From the IMG/VR virus record IMGVR_UViG_3300043427_002668: a stretch of DNA of 64,000 nucleotides; one strand, written 5' to 3'. The first letter of the stretch is position 1. Every line of letters begins with the position of its first letter. The notes under the pieces are model-generated. The model was given only the letters and a program-made list of their open reading frames with translations, was not told the origin of the DNA and made no database searches. The translations under genes and the position numbers were made by a program. Of this stretch, positions 22,340 through 32,231 are shown piece after piece. Source of the DNA: a virus (lineage: Duplodnaviria; Caudoviricetes).

Positions 22340-23341
22340 ATGTTTGAATACTTTTATCACGAAATTTTAAGAAAAACCGTTGTATCATTTGGATCTTTAT
22401 TCAACAATATATCCATCAAACATACAAATAACTCCGATCAAGTCGTAAGTGTAATAAAAGTACCACTTGCGTATGGACCAACTCAAAAATTTCTTGCCAG
22501 ACTTAATCAATCTCCAAATTTAAGTAAACCAATTCAAATAACATTGCCGAGAATGTCATTTGAATTTACTGGGTTAACATATGATGCATCAAGAAAAGCA
22601 ACTACAACTCAATCATTCTTAGTAAAGTCTGAAGTTGATGGAACTGATGTAAGAAAAGCATATCTTCCAGTTCCTTATAATATGCAATTTGAACTTAGTA
22701 TAATGACTAAGTTAAATGATGATGCTCTTCAAATTGTAGAGCAAATTTTACCATATTTTCAACCGGCATATACATTGACTGTCGATTTGGTTGATACTAT
22801 TCAAGAAAAAAGAGATATTCCAGTTGTATTAGAGAATATCACTATGCAAGATGATTATGAAGGTGATTTTACTACAAGAAGAGTTTTAATATACACTTTA
22901 AGATTTACTGCAAAGACTTATCTGTTTGGTCCAGTTTCTTCCGCTTCCAAGGATATTATCAAAAAGGCATCTGTTGGTTTTATTGCGGGGGATGTTACAA
23001 CTACTCCGACACGAGAGGTTGTTTACTCAGCAGAACCAAGAGCTATCAAAAATTACACAGGTATTATACTTACCAATATATCAAATGATATAACAACATC
23101 GGATCAACTTATCGCAGTAAATGATGCAAGTTCTATTTCGGTCAATAGTTATGTTGATTTGGATGGAGAAGAGTTACTTGTAGTATCTAAATCCGGAAAT
23201 ACATTAACTGTAGAAAGAGGTAAAGATGGAACCACAATAACTTCTCACTTAGCAGGAGCACCAATTAAGTCCATTACTTCCGCAGATAATGAATTAATAG
23301 AAGTTGGTGATGATTTTGGATTTAGTGGAGAGTTCCTCTGA
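22340..23341 (+). CDS. gp15: Tail sheath stabilizer/terminator gp15
   Basis: YFYHEILRKTVVSFGSLFN, KVPLAYGP, LPRMSFE, QIVEQILPYFQP motifs. Confidence 0.92.
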   Translation: MFEYFYHEILRKTVVSFGSLFNNISIKHTNNSDQVVSVIKVPLAYGPTQKFLARLNQSPNLSKPIQITLPRMSFEFTGLTYDASRKATTTQSFLVKSEVDGTDVRKAYLPVPYNMQFELSIMTKLNDDALQIVEQILPYFQPAYTLTVDLVDTIQEKRDIPVVLENITMQDDYEGDFTTRRVLIYTLRFTAKTYLFGPVSSASKDIIKKASVGFIAGDVTTTPTREVVYSAEPRAIKNYTGIILTNISNDITTSDQLIAVNDASSISVNSYVDLDGEELLVVSKSGNTLTVERGKDGTTITSHLAGAPIKSITSADNELIEVGDDFGFSGEFL

Positions 23342-23347
23342 TAAGTT

Positions 23348-23773
23348 ATGAAAATGACGAAAAAATTTGATAAGCTTAACGAAACTTTCAATGTGGAAAG
23401 TGAGATAGTACCTGTTAAAGCAGAAAAAGTTTCTGAAGAAATTGAAAAATATTCTGCTGCCGCAGATGACATTAAAAAAGACTATGAATATGCAAGAGGA
23501 AATTTATATTCATTGGTTGAAAAGGGACAAGAAGCAATTAATGGAATTCTTGAATTAGCACAAGAAAGTGAAATGCCAAGAGCTTACGAAGTAGCAGGAC
23601 AATTGATAAAAAATACAAGTGAAATTGCAGAAAAACTAATGGCACTTCACAAGATCAAAAAGGATGTTGAGGAAGAAACTCAGAAAGGACCGACTACAGT
23701 TAATAATGCACTTTTCGTTGGGTCTACTGCAGAACTAGCAAAATTACTTAAACAGCAAACTCAAGAACAATAA
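23348..23773 (+). CDS. gp16: Terminase small subunit gp16
   Basis: DYEYARGNL, PRAYEVAGQLIK, NNALFVGSTAEL motifs. Confidence 0.9.
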   Translation: MKMTKKFDKLNETFNVESEIVPVKAEKVSEEIEKYSAAADDIKKDYEYARGNLYSLVEKGQEAINGILELAQESEMPRAYEVAGQLIKNTSEIAEKLMALHKIKKDVEEETQKGPTTVNNALFVGSTAELAKLLKQQTQEQ

Positions 23774-23776
23774 ATA
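23770..23776 (+). promoter_or_regulatory. Late promoter variant ATAAATA overlapping the gp16 stop
   Basis: Located 22 nt upstream of the ATG at 23799. Confidence 0.6.
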
Positions 23777-23798
23777 AATAAAGGTTCCTTTTATATTA

Positions 23799-25517
23799 AT
23801 GTCTAAAATTAAGTCCCATAAGTCTGTTGAGCAAATTGCAAAGAAGCATCGACTTGAAGTTTCTTTTATACAAAAGCAACTTGATATGGGAGAACCTATT
23901 GAACATGAACATACTAAAGATCACAATCTTGCTAGAGATATTGCTCTTCAGCATTTAGATGAGATACCAGATTACTATACCAGACTAAAAAAAATGGAAA
24001 ATGATGCTAAAAAGCATCATAATAAGTTTAAAGATGTGAAAGAAGAAACTAAATCCGGAGATGAAGGTCTCCATGATTGGTTCAATAAATCTAAATCATC
24101 TGACGGTAAAAAAGGTTGGGTTCAACTTGGTGGCAAATGGGCAGGAAAGCCATGTGCTCGTCAACCAGGACAAACTTCTACACCAAAATGTGGTAGCTCA
24201 AAAATGAAAAGATCACTTTCCAAAAATGAAGAAGAAGCAGCAAGACGTAGAAAAAATATACAAGACCCAAATCAACCACAAAAAACAGGTGGAGCAAAGC
24301 CAACTAACGTGAGAACTGAAGAAATGGATTTACAAGAAGTAAAAGACAAACCAGGTAAAGGTAGTGGTAAAAAAGATGCCTGTTACCATAAGGTAAAGTC
24401 ACGTTATGATGTTTGGCCTAGTGCATATGCATCTGGAGCACTAGTTAAGTGCCGCAAATCTGGTGCTGCAAACTGGGGGACAAAATCAGAGTCTACAACG
24501 CAAGACGAAGAGAGATATTGTCCCTTATGTGATAAAAGGGAGACTAGATCAGAATGCTCCTATGGAGGAAAGGCATGGGATAAAGTCTCAGTCAAAGATC
24601 ACGAATATTCCATGGTTCGTTCAGAACTCGAAACTCTCATAAATGCTGCAGAAAGACTTAAGGCAAAAGTAGAAAAAGGTGAGGGGAGTATAGAAGCTTG
24701 GGTTCAATCAAAAATCACTAAGGCAGCAGATTATCTTGACACAGCAGCAGATTATGTCGCTAGTGGAGAAATGGAAGAGGCATGTTGGTCTGGATATAAG
24801 CAAATTGGAATGAAGAAAAAAGGAAATAGAAAAGTTCCAAATTGTGTTCCCGAAAACGTAACTATTGAAGATGCTGATGGAAATACATTTGCAGAAGTTG
24901 TGGATTTAATTAAACCAGAACCGATTAAAGGATTTAAATCTCAGGTAGAAGAGGCAACCAGATTGCAGGCTCAAACTGGAAATGTAATTGGTGTTACTCT
25001 TTCTTGGAGAGGAAAATATTATTCACTTAAGATGTTTTTCCCACAGGTAAAACTTCCAACCAGAAAGGAAATTAATGTCGAACTAGAAAAGGTTTACCCT
25101 GGATGCAATGTAGTTCACCATTCCGTTTCCGAAATACAACCAGGTCAACCTCTAATTCAAGCATTTGGTCCTCAAGGTGGCAGCGCGGCAAAACCAGGAC
25201 CTAATAGAAACTATGTAAAACCAATGGGAATGTATGGTGAAGAGACGGAAGTTGATGAGGATTGGCAAAAAGTTAATCGTCAAGACAAAACTGATGGATT
25301 AAGTCAGAAAGCGGTTAATGCTTATCGCAGAGAAAATCCGGGTTCAAAACTTCAAACAGCAGTAACTGAAAAAAATCCAACAGGAAAAAGAGCAGATCGT
25401 CGTAAGTCTTTTTGTCGTCGTATGAAGGGTATGAAAAATAGACTGACATCTGCTGAAACGGCAAGGGATCCAGATAGCAGAATTAATAAAGCACTTCGTC
25501 GTTGGAATTGTAATTAA
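23799..25517 (+). CDS. Modular basic hypothetical protein, candidate capsid-internal polyprotein
   Basis: 572-aa ORF between gp16 and gp17 made of short Lys/Arg/Cys-rich modules separated by hydrophobic-X-E(E) motifs. The N-terminal EHEHT...ARDIALQHLDEIPDYYTRL and C-terminal RRKSFC...INKALRRWNC modules are recalled from other phage proteins. Confidence 0.8.
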   Translation: MSKIKSHKSVEQIAKKHRLEVSFIQKQLDMGEPIEHEHTKDHNLARDIALQHLDEIPDYYTRLKKMENDAKKHHNKFKDVKEETKSGDEGLHDWFNKSKSSDGKKGWVQLGGKWAGKPCARQPGQTSTPKCGSSKMKRSLSKNEEEAARRRKNIQDPNQPQKTGGAKPTNVRTEEMDLQEVKDKPGKGSGKKDACYHKVKSRYDVWPSAYASGALVKCRKSGAANWGTKSESTTQDEERYCPLCDKRETRSECSYGGKAWDKVSVKDHEYSMVRSELETLINAAERLKAKVEKGEGSIEAWVQSKITKAADYLDTAADYVASGEMEEACWSGYKQIGMKKKGNRKVPNCVPENVTIEDADGNTFAEVVDLIKPEPIKGFKSQVEEATRLQAQTGNVIGVTLSWRGKYYSLKMFFPQVKLPTRKEINVELEKVYPGCNVVHHSVSEIQPGQPLIQAFGPQGGSAAKPGPNRNYVKPMGMYGEETEVDEDWQKVNRQDKTDGLSQKAVNAYRRENPGSKLQTAVTEKNPTGKRADRRKSFCRRMKGMKNRLTSAETARDPDSRINKALRRWNCN

Positions 25518-25532
25518 TAATAGGTTTTTATT

Positions 25533-27182
25533 ATGTCAAATGATGTATATCTTGGTAATCCGTTACTAAAAAAAGCAAATACTCCTATAGAATTTACTCA
25601 AGAACAAATTCTTGAGTTTGTTAAGTGTCAAAATGATCCTGTTTATTTTGCTAAAAATTATGTAAAAATTGTAACCTTGGATCATGGTCTTCAGACATTT
25701 AAGCCTTATCATTTCCAAGAAAAGTTAATTAATAACTTTCACAAGCACAGATTTAATATATGTAAGATGCCTCGTCAGACAGGTAAGTCTACGACTGTGG
25801 TATCTTTTTTACTTCATTATGCAGTTTTTAACGATAATGTAAATATTGGTATTCTTGCGAACAAGGCAGCAACTGCTAGAGAACTTTTAGATAGATTGCA
25901 AACTGCATATGAGAATCTTCCCAAGTGGATGCAGCAAGGTATTATTTCTTGGAATAAAGGTTCACTTGAACTTGAAAATGGTTCTAAAATTTTAGCAGCA
26001 TCAACATCTGCATCTGCTGTTCGAGGAATGTCTTTTAACATTCTATTCTTGGACGAATTTGCGTTCGTTCCAAATCATATTGCAGATTCTTTCTTTGCAT
26101 CTGTTTATCCTACGATTACTTCAGGTAAACAAACTAAGGTTATTATTGTTTCTACTCCACACGGTATGAATCATTTCTACCGAATGTGGCACGACGCCGA
26201 AAAAGGTAAAAATGAATATGTATTTACCGACGTTCATTGGAGTGAAGTTCCCGGAAGAGATGAGGAGTGGAAAAAACAGACGATTGCAAACACTTCAGAA
26301 TCTCAGTTTAAGGTTGAGTTTGAATGTGAGTTTTTAGGGTCAGTTGATACTTTGATTGCACCATCTAAACTTAGAACCCTTGTCTACGATAGCCCTAAGA
26401 CCAGTAGCGCGGGTTTAGATGTATATGAAGACCCAGTAGAAAATCACGACTACCTCATCACTGTAGACGTTGCTAGAGGCGTTGGAAACGATTACTCAGC
26501 ATTTGCCGTTGTTGATATTACTCAGTTTCCCCACAAGGTTGTTGCAAAGTATAGAAATAATGAAATTAAACCAATGCTTTTTCCCACTATAATACATGAA
26601 GCAGCAACTGCATATAATGCAGCATATATTTTATGCGAAGTAAATGATGTTGGAGATCAAGTAGCAAGTATTCTCCAATATGATCTAGAATATAATAATC
26701 TTTTGATGTGTTCTATGAGAGGACGAGCGGGACAAATTGTAGGACAGGGATTTTCTGGAAAGAAAACTCAACTTGGAGTTAAAATGTCCAAAACAGTTAA
26801 AAAGGTTGGATGTCTTAACCTAAAGACAATGATTGAGGAGAGCAAGTTATTATTAAATGATTATGATATTATTAGTGAACTTACTACTTTTATTCAAAAA
26901 CATAATTCATTTGAAGCAGAAGAAGGATGTAATGACGACCTGGCAATGTGTTTGGTGATTTATGCTTGGTTAGTGGCTCAGGATTATTTTAAGGAACTCA
27001 CCGACCAAGATGTTAGAAAACGATTATATGAGGAACAAAAAAATCAAATAGAACAAGATATGTCTCCCTTTGGGTTTATTTCAGATGGCACTGATGAAAC
27101 AACTTTTGTCGATGATGATGGGGATAGATGGTATGTTGATGAATATGGAGATAGAGCTTATATGTGGGAATATATTCACTAA
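25533..27182 (+). CDS. gp17: Terminase large subunit gp17
   Basis: Walker A PRQTGKST, Walker B LFLDEFAF, IIVSTPHG coupling motif, nuclease motifs VDVARG and DDLAM. Confidence 0.97.
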   Translation: MSNDVYLGNPLLKKANTPIEFTQEQILEFVKCQNDPVYFAKNYVKIVTLDHGLQTFKPYHFQEKLINNFHKHRFNICKMPRQTGKSTTVVSFLLHYAVFNDNVNIGILANKAATARELLDRLQTAYENLPKWMQQGIISWNKGSLELENGSKILAASTSASAVRGMSFNILFLDEFAFVPNHIADSFFASVYPTITSGKQTKVIIVSTPHGMNHFYRMWHDAEKGKNEYVFTDVHWSEVPGRDEEWKKQTIANTSESQFKVEFECEFLGSVDTLIAPSKLRTLVYDSPKTSSAGLDVYEDPVENHDYLITVDVARGVGNDYSAFAVVDITQFPHKVVAKYRNNEIKPMLFPTIIHEAATAYNAAYILCEVNDVGDQVASILQYDLEYNNLLMCSMRGRAGQIVGQGFSGKKTQLGVKMSKTVKKVGCLNLKTMIEESKLLLNDYDIISELTTFIQKHNSFEAEEGCNDDLAMCLVIYAWLVAQDYFKELTDQDVRKRLYEEQKNQIEQDMSPFGFISDGTDETTFVDDDGDRWYVDEYGDRAYMWEYIH

Positions 27183-27412
27183 TGGATTTAGATAAGCAAA
27201 TAAAATTAGGACATTTATTACTTACAGATAGAAAGTGTAGAGTTTGTGGCGAAATAAAAAATTTGATAGATGGATTTTATAGAACCAGGAAGGATAGAGG
27301 TCCTGTTGCATCTTCATATTCTTATGAATGTAAAGAGTGCTCTGTTAAAAGAATTATTAATTTAAGGAAAAATCAATTACTACCATCGAAGTGGGAATAC
27401 CCTGACTGGTAG
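27182..27412 (+). CDS. Small zinc-finger protein (CxxC...CxxC)
   Basis: ATG overlaps the gp17 TAA; KCRVCGE...ECKECS. Confidence 0.75.
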   Translation: MDLDKQIKLGHLLLTDRKCRVCGEIKNLIDGFYRTRKDRGPVASSYSYECKECSVKRIINLRKNQLLPSKWEYPDW

Positions 27413-27449
27413 TTCACGTCTTATTTCCCCCCTGTAAAGTAACGTTTTA

Positions 27450-27456
27450 ATAAATA
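27450..27456 (+). promoter_or_regulatory. Late promoter variant ATAAATA upstream of gp18
   Basis: In the intergenic gap, followed by a GGAG RBS and the ATG at 27491. Confidence 0.65.
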
Positions 27457-27490
27457 ATTTTTAGTTAATCTGAGATTTACGGAGAAAAAC

Positions 27491-29689
27491 ATGGCGACTC
27501 CTCAATTATCTCCTGGTGTACTAATCAGAGAGGTTGATTTAACTGTAGGAAGAGCTGATAATGTTTTAGATAACATTGGAGCTATTGCAGGTCCTTTTGC
27601 AATTGGTCCAGTTGACGAAGCGGTTGATATCACTACAGAAAGAGAACTTATCAACGTTTTTGGAAAACCACTTTCAACAGATGCTCAATATGAGTATTGG
27701 ATGACAGCATCAGCATTTCTTTCTTATGGTGGTGTTCTTAAGGTTTCAAGGGTAAACGGAGATAATCTAGTAAACGCAAATGCTATTAGAAACGCTGCTG
27801 GCGTTTCTACTGCAGGAGAACCTTCATTAAAGATTAAAAATTTTGATGACTATCAGGCAAATTATGCCGATGATATTGCAAATTATATTTTTGCAGCAAA
27901 AAATCCAGGTTCTTGGTCTAATAATTTAAAGGTATGTGTAATTGACGATAAAGCGGATCAGATCCTCAATGTTGGAGCAGCAGTAACTGCTCAAGCAACT
28001 GTCGGTATGGCAGTTACAACAACTTTAACAAATGTCGTTTCTGCTGGAGTAGGAACTACTTCATTATTCAGTGGTTATTTGAAAAGTATTGTTACTGGCA
28101 TTGGGGCAAGCACTCTTGATGTAAAGATAACCTCAGTAGTCAGCACTGCCGGAGTAGAAACTCCAGTAACTTACGCACAGAAATCCAGACTAAGATCTTT
28201 TACCCCAGCAACTGGAGGTGGATCAATAACAGTTGCTTTAATAGATTCTGCCGGCAGTGAAGTTGATACTGCATCAATTAATACCGGAACTAATCCAATT
28301 AGAGATTGGTACGATCAGCAAGTTCTTACTCTAAGCAATACTGCAATTTATTGGAATTCTATTGCACCTAAACCAGGTACATCACAATATGCAGCGCAGA
28401 GAAATGGAAGAAGTGATGAAATTCACGTAGTAATTGTTGATGATACTGGTACAGTAACAGGTACACAAGGAACTCTTTTAGAAAAGCATATTGGTTTATC
28501 AAAAGCGGTTGATGCAATTTCTGCGATTAATTCTCCACAGAAAATATGGTGGAAAGATTACTTGGCACTGTATTCAAATTATGTTTATGTTGGCGATAAT
28601 CCTTCGGATGAACTAAATGTAAATGAGCCAGTCTCTGCTACTGGATTCTCAACTGCATTTACGGAATACACTAACTCAGAGGGTCTTTGGAATAAAGACG
28701 CTCAGGATAGAACCTACAGCGCACTTGGTAACGTAACTTATAATCTCAGTGGAGGTAAAGATTATTCCAATAGTGGTGGAATGACTGCTACTTTGGGAGA
28801 TTTAATTACTTCATATAATCTATTCTCCAACCGAGATGAAATTCAAGTTGATTATTTAATCATGGGTCCTGGTTTAGGAAACAAATTTGAATCTCAAGCA
28901 AAAGCGAACCATTTAATTTCTCTTGCAAATCAGAGAAAGGACTGTGTTGCTGTAATTTCTCCACATCGCACCGATGTAGTAGATGTTACGAATAGCGATG
29001 ATCAAACGGATAATGTTTTAGAGTTCTTCTCTCCACTTTCATCGTCTTCTTATGCAATTTTTGATGCTGGATACAAGTACACTTATGACAGATTTAATAA
29101 CAAATTCCGTTATATTCCCTGTAACGGAGATGTTGCTGGTCTATGTGTAAGAACTTCTATCTTTGCATATCCATGGTTCTCTCCAGCAGGTCAGCAAAGA
29201 GGAATTCTTAATAATGCTATTAAACTTGCTTACAATCCCTCAAAAGCACAGAGAGATCAACTTTATCCACAGAGAATTAATGCAATCATTAATCAACCTG
29301 GAATTGGAATTCTTCTCTTTGGTGATAAGACTGCTCTCGGATATGCATCTGCATTTGACAGAATCAATGTTCGTCGTCTGTTCCTAACCGTAGAGCAAGC
29401 TCTTGAAAGATCAGCACAGGCACAACTCTTCGAGTTGAACGATGCCATTACTAGAGCGAACTTTGTCAACATCGTAGAACCATATCTGCGCGATGTTCAA
29501 GCAAAGAGAGGTCTCTATGGATTCTTAGTTGTTTGTGATGAAACAAATAACACCCCAGATGTTATTGATAACAACGAATTCCGAGCAGACATTTATCTGA
29601 AGCCTGCGAAGTCTATTAACTATGTAACTCTAACATTCGTAGCAACCAGAACTGGTGTTGCGTTTGAAGAAGTTGTTGGAACTGTTTGA
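27491..29689 (+). CDS. gp18: Tail sheath protein gp18
   Basis: LSPGVLIREVDLT start; PWFSPAG..RG; FDRINVRRLF; IYLKPAKSINYVTLTFVATRTG. Confidence 0.97.
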   Translation: MATPQLSPGVLIREVDLTVGRADNVLDNIGAIAGPFAIGPVDEAVDITTERELINVFGKPLSTDAQYEYWMTASAFLSYGGVLKVSRVNGDNLVNANAIRNAAGVSTAGEPSLKIKNFDDYQANYADDIANYIFAAKNPGSWSNNLKVCVIDDKADQILNVGAAVTAQATVGMAVTTTLTNVVSAGVGTTSLFSGYLKSIVTGIGASTLDVKITSVVSTAGVETPVTYAQKSRLRSFTPATGGGSITVALIDSAGSEVDTASINTGTNPIRDWYDQQVLTLSNTAIYWNSIAPKPGTSQYAAQRNGRSDEIHVVIVDDTGTVTGTQGTLLEKHIGLSKAVDAISAINSPQKIWWKDYLALYSNYVYVGDNPSDELNVNEPVSATGFSTAFTEYTNSEGLWNKDAQDRTYSALGNVTYNLSGGKDYSNSGGMTATLGDLITSYNLFSNRDEIQVDYLIMGPGLGNKFESQAKANHLISLANQRKDCVAVISPHRTDVVDVTNSDDQTDNVLEFFSPLSSSSYAIFDAGYKYTYDRFNNKFRYIPCNGDVAGLCVRTSIFAYPWFSPAGQQRGILNNAIKLAYNPSKAQRDQLYPQRINAIINQPGIGILLFGDKTALGYASAFDRINVRRLFLTVEQALERSAQAQLFELNDAITRANFVNIVEPYLRDVQAKRGLYGFLVVCDETNNTPDVIDNNEFRADIYLKPAKSINYVTLTFVATRTGVAFEEVVGTV

Positions 29690-29722
29690 TTATTATAAAT
29701 TAACTATAGGAGGATCCAAAAA

Positions 29723-30313
29723 ATGGCACACTCAATTCAAGACTTCAAGAAGGCACTTATTGGTGGAGGTGCGAGACCTAATCTATTCGAAGTTGCTATT
29801 CCAACTCTCCCAAATGGAGTTGATTTTGGTGGAACTGAAGGACAAGATAACTTCAGTATGCTCTGCAAATCAGCTGCTCTTCCAGCATCAAATATAGCGT
29901 CAATCGACGTTCCCTTTAGAGGACGTATTATGAAAGTTGCTGGAGACAGAACATTTGATACTTGGACTGTAACTGTTATTAATGATGAAAACTTTGCAAT
30001 CAGAAATGCAATGGAAATTTGGATGCAAAAGATCGGTCAGTATGGTGATGCAAGCGGAGATACTAATCCAGCAGACTATATGGTTGATGCATATGTTAAG
30101 CAACTGAAGAGATCTGCATCTGCTACTGGATTTAATTCTGCAACTGGCGGGGGACTACAAGCAGCTGCTTTGTATAAGTTCTATTCAATCTTCCCAACAA
30201 ATGTTTCTGCGATTGATCTTTCATATGATACCTCCGATACCATTGAGGAATTCACTGTAGAATTCCAGGTCCAGTACTGGACTCCACAGGGAGCACAAGA
30301 GGCTTGGCAATAA
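29723..30313 (+). CDS. gp19: Tail tube protein gp19
   Basis: GGGARPNLFEV, VPFRGR..KVAGDRTFDTWTVTVIND, IEEFTVEFQVQYW. Confidence 0.96.
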   Translation: MAHSIQDFKKALIGGGARPNLFEVAIPTLPNGVDFGGTEGQDNFSMLCKSAALPASNIASIDVPFRGRIMKVAGDRTFDTWTVTVINDENFAIRNAMEIWMQKIGQYGDASGDTNPADYMVDAYVKQLKRSASATGFNSATGGGLQAAALYKFYSIFPTNVSAIDLSYDTSDTIEEFTVEFQVQYWTPQGAQEAWQ

Positions 30314-30348
30314 AGATAAATAGATAAAAATACGTTTAGACTTTAATA

Positions 30349-32037
30349 ATGGCAAAATTGTTTGGTTTTTCAATTGAGGATAACGATCCACAATCACCTG
30401 GCGCTGTTTCCCCCGTTCCTCCCAATAAGGAGGACGGGGTTGACCACTATTTGAGTAGTGGTTTTTTTGGATCTTATGTAGATATTGAAGGCGTCTATAG
30501 AACAGAATTTGACCTAATTAAAAGATATCGTGAGATGGCACTGCACCCAGAGTGCGATAGTGCTATTGAGGATATTGTTAATGAGGCAATTGTTTCTGAT
30601 ACTAATGATAGTCCCGTTCAAATTGATTTAGATAACTTGAATGCCAGCGATGGAATTAAGAAGAAAATCAGACAAGAATTTAAATATATTTTAGAACTTT
30701 TAGATTTTGATAAAAAATCTCACGAAATTTATAGAAATTGGTATGTTGATGGAAGACTTTATTACCACAAAGTAATTGATCTAAAAAATCCCGAGGCTGG
30801 TATTCAGGAACTAAGATATATTGACGCAATGAAAATGCGTTATGTTCGTCAGGCAAAGAAGAAAGAAGGAGACAAATATAGGATTTCAAACAGAAATGTA
30901 GATAATCCGATGGATTATGAGTTCCCCGAAATTGAAGAATATTTCATTTATGAACCAAAAATGACCTATCCAACAGGAACTCCAGCTCCTGGAACAATGG
31001 GAGGTTCAAATTCAGGAATCCGCATGACAAAGGATTCCATTACTTATTGTACTTCAGGTCTTGTAGATAGAAATAAAGGGTCAACACTTTCATATCTACA
31101 CAAAGCAATTAAATCACTCAATCAACTTCGTATGATTGAGGATTCACTAGTTATTTACAGATTATCTCGTGCGCCAGAACGTCGTATTTTTTACATTGAC
31201 GTAGGCAATCTACCAAAAGTGAAGGCGGAACAATATCTTCGTGATGTTATGATGCGTTATCGTAACAAACTTGTTTATGATGCAAACACTGGCGAAATTC
31301 GTGATGATCGCAAGTTTATGGCAATGCTTGAGGATTTCTGGCTTCCTCGCCGTGAAGGTGGCAGAGGAACGGAGATTTCCACACTACCCGGCGGACAGAA
31401 CCTTGGAGAAATCACAGATATTGAATATTTTAAAAAGAAACTATATCGCTCACTGAATGTTCCACCATCAAGAATGGATGGAGAAGGTGGATTTAATCTA
31501 GGTCGTTCATCAGAAATCCTCAGAGACGAAGTTAAGTTTAGTAAGTTTGTTTCTAGACTGAGAAAAAGATTCTCATATATGTTTAGTGATATGCTGAGAA
31601 CTCAATTGATTCTTAAGAACATCATTACGCCAGAGGACTGGCAGCAGATGGACGAACATATTCAATATGATTTTCTATATGATAATCATTTTGCAGAACT
31701 TAAGGATGCTGAGTTATTAAATGAAAGACTAGGTATGGTTCAAATTGCAGAACCATATGTCGGAAAATATTTCTCTCAGGATTATGTAAGACGTAAAATT
31801 CTTCGCCAAACTGACGTAGAAATCCTGGAGCAAGATGCATTAATTAAAAAAGAAATTGAAGATGGTATTATTCCGGATCCAAATGCACCAGTAGATCCTA
31901 TGACTGGTATGCCTTTAGATCAAACGGCACAAATGAATTTGGGACAACCAGTAATGGAACCGGATCTTAACGCTCAAGCAAAAACAACTCAAGTAAATGC
32001 AAAAGCAGTTGAGATGCCTAAGGGTGGTGAAATATAA
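30349..32037 (+). CDS. gp20: Portal protein gp20
   Basis: YRLSRAPERRIFYIDVGNLP and EDFWLPRREGGRGTEISTLPGG motifs. Confidence 0.97.
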   Translation: MAKLFGFSIEDNDPQSPGAVSPVPPNKEDGVDHYLSSGFFGSYVDIEGVYRTEFDLIKRYREMALHPECDSAIEDIVNEAIVSDTNDSPVQIDLDNLNASDGIKKKIRQEFKYILELLDFDKKSHEIYRNWYVDGRLYYHKVIDLKNPEAGIQELRYIDAMKMRYVRQAKKKEGDKYRISNRNVDNPMDYEFPEIEEYFIYEPKMTYPTGTPAPGTMGGSNSGIRMTKDSITYCTSGLVDRNKGSTLSYLHKAIKSLNQLRMIEDSLVIYRLSRAPERRIFYIDVGNLPKVKAEQYLRDVMMRYRNKLVYDANTGEIRDDRKFMAMLEDFWLPRREGGRGTEISTLPGGQNLGEITDIEYFKKKLYRSLNVPPSRMDGEGGFNLGRSSEILRDEVKFSKFVSRLRKRFSYMFSDMLRTQLILKNIITPEDWQQMDEHIQYDFLYDNHFAELKDAELLNERLGMVQIAEPYVGKYFSQDYVRRKILRQTDVEILEQDALIKKEIEDGIIPDPNAPVDPMTGMPLDQTAQMNLGQPVMEPDLNAQAKTTQVNAKAVEMPKGGEI

Positions 32038-32040
32038 ATA
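32033..32040 (+). promoter_or_regulatory. T4 late promoter TATAAATA overlapping the gp20 stop
   Basis: Exact consensus; TAA at 32035-32037 is the gp20 stop. Confidence 0.8.
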
Positions 32041-32068
32041 GAAACGACTCTTAATTTGGTTTATAAAA

Positions 32069-32230
32069 ATGGATGATTTACTGGATATGATTGCTTCTGA
32101 TGAGTCTGCGTCGAATATCAGCGATAAAATCAAAGATCTTTTATTCTCAAAGGCATCAGAAAAAATCGATGAAGTTCGCCCTGCAGTGGCAATGAGTATG
32201 TTTGGTCAAGAGGAACAGGAAGAGGAATGA
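32069..32230 (+). CDS. 53-aa acidic protein not in the ORF track; probable prohead core protein (gp67 position)
   Basis: MDDLLDMIASDESASNISDKIKDLLFSKASEKIDEVRPAVAMSMFGQEEQEEE*; follows the portal gene like T4 gene 67. Confidence 0.75.
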   Translation: MDDLLDMIASDESASNISDKIKDLLFSKASEKIDEVRPAVAMSMFGQEEQEEE

Positions 32231-32231
32231 T

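Noticed and set aside
6228-22360. Short minus-strand ORFs within the structural genes
   Set aside because: They mirror the S/T/G/I/V-rich sense frames, and no minus-strand promoter/RBS support was seen.
32202-32231. Upstream extensions given by the ORF track (32202, 43670, 49321, 50067, 51804, 59526)
   Set aside because: They overlap neighbouring genes; the downstream ATGs match the family N-termini and gene packing.
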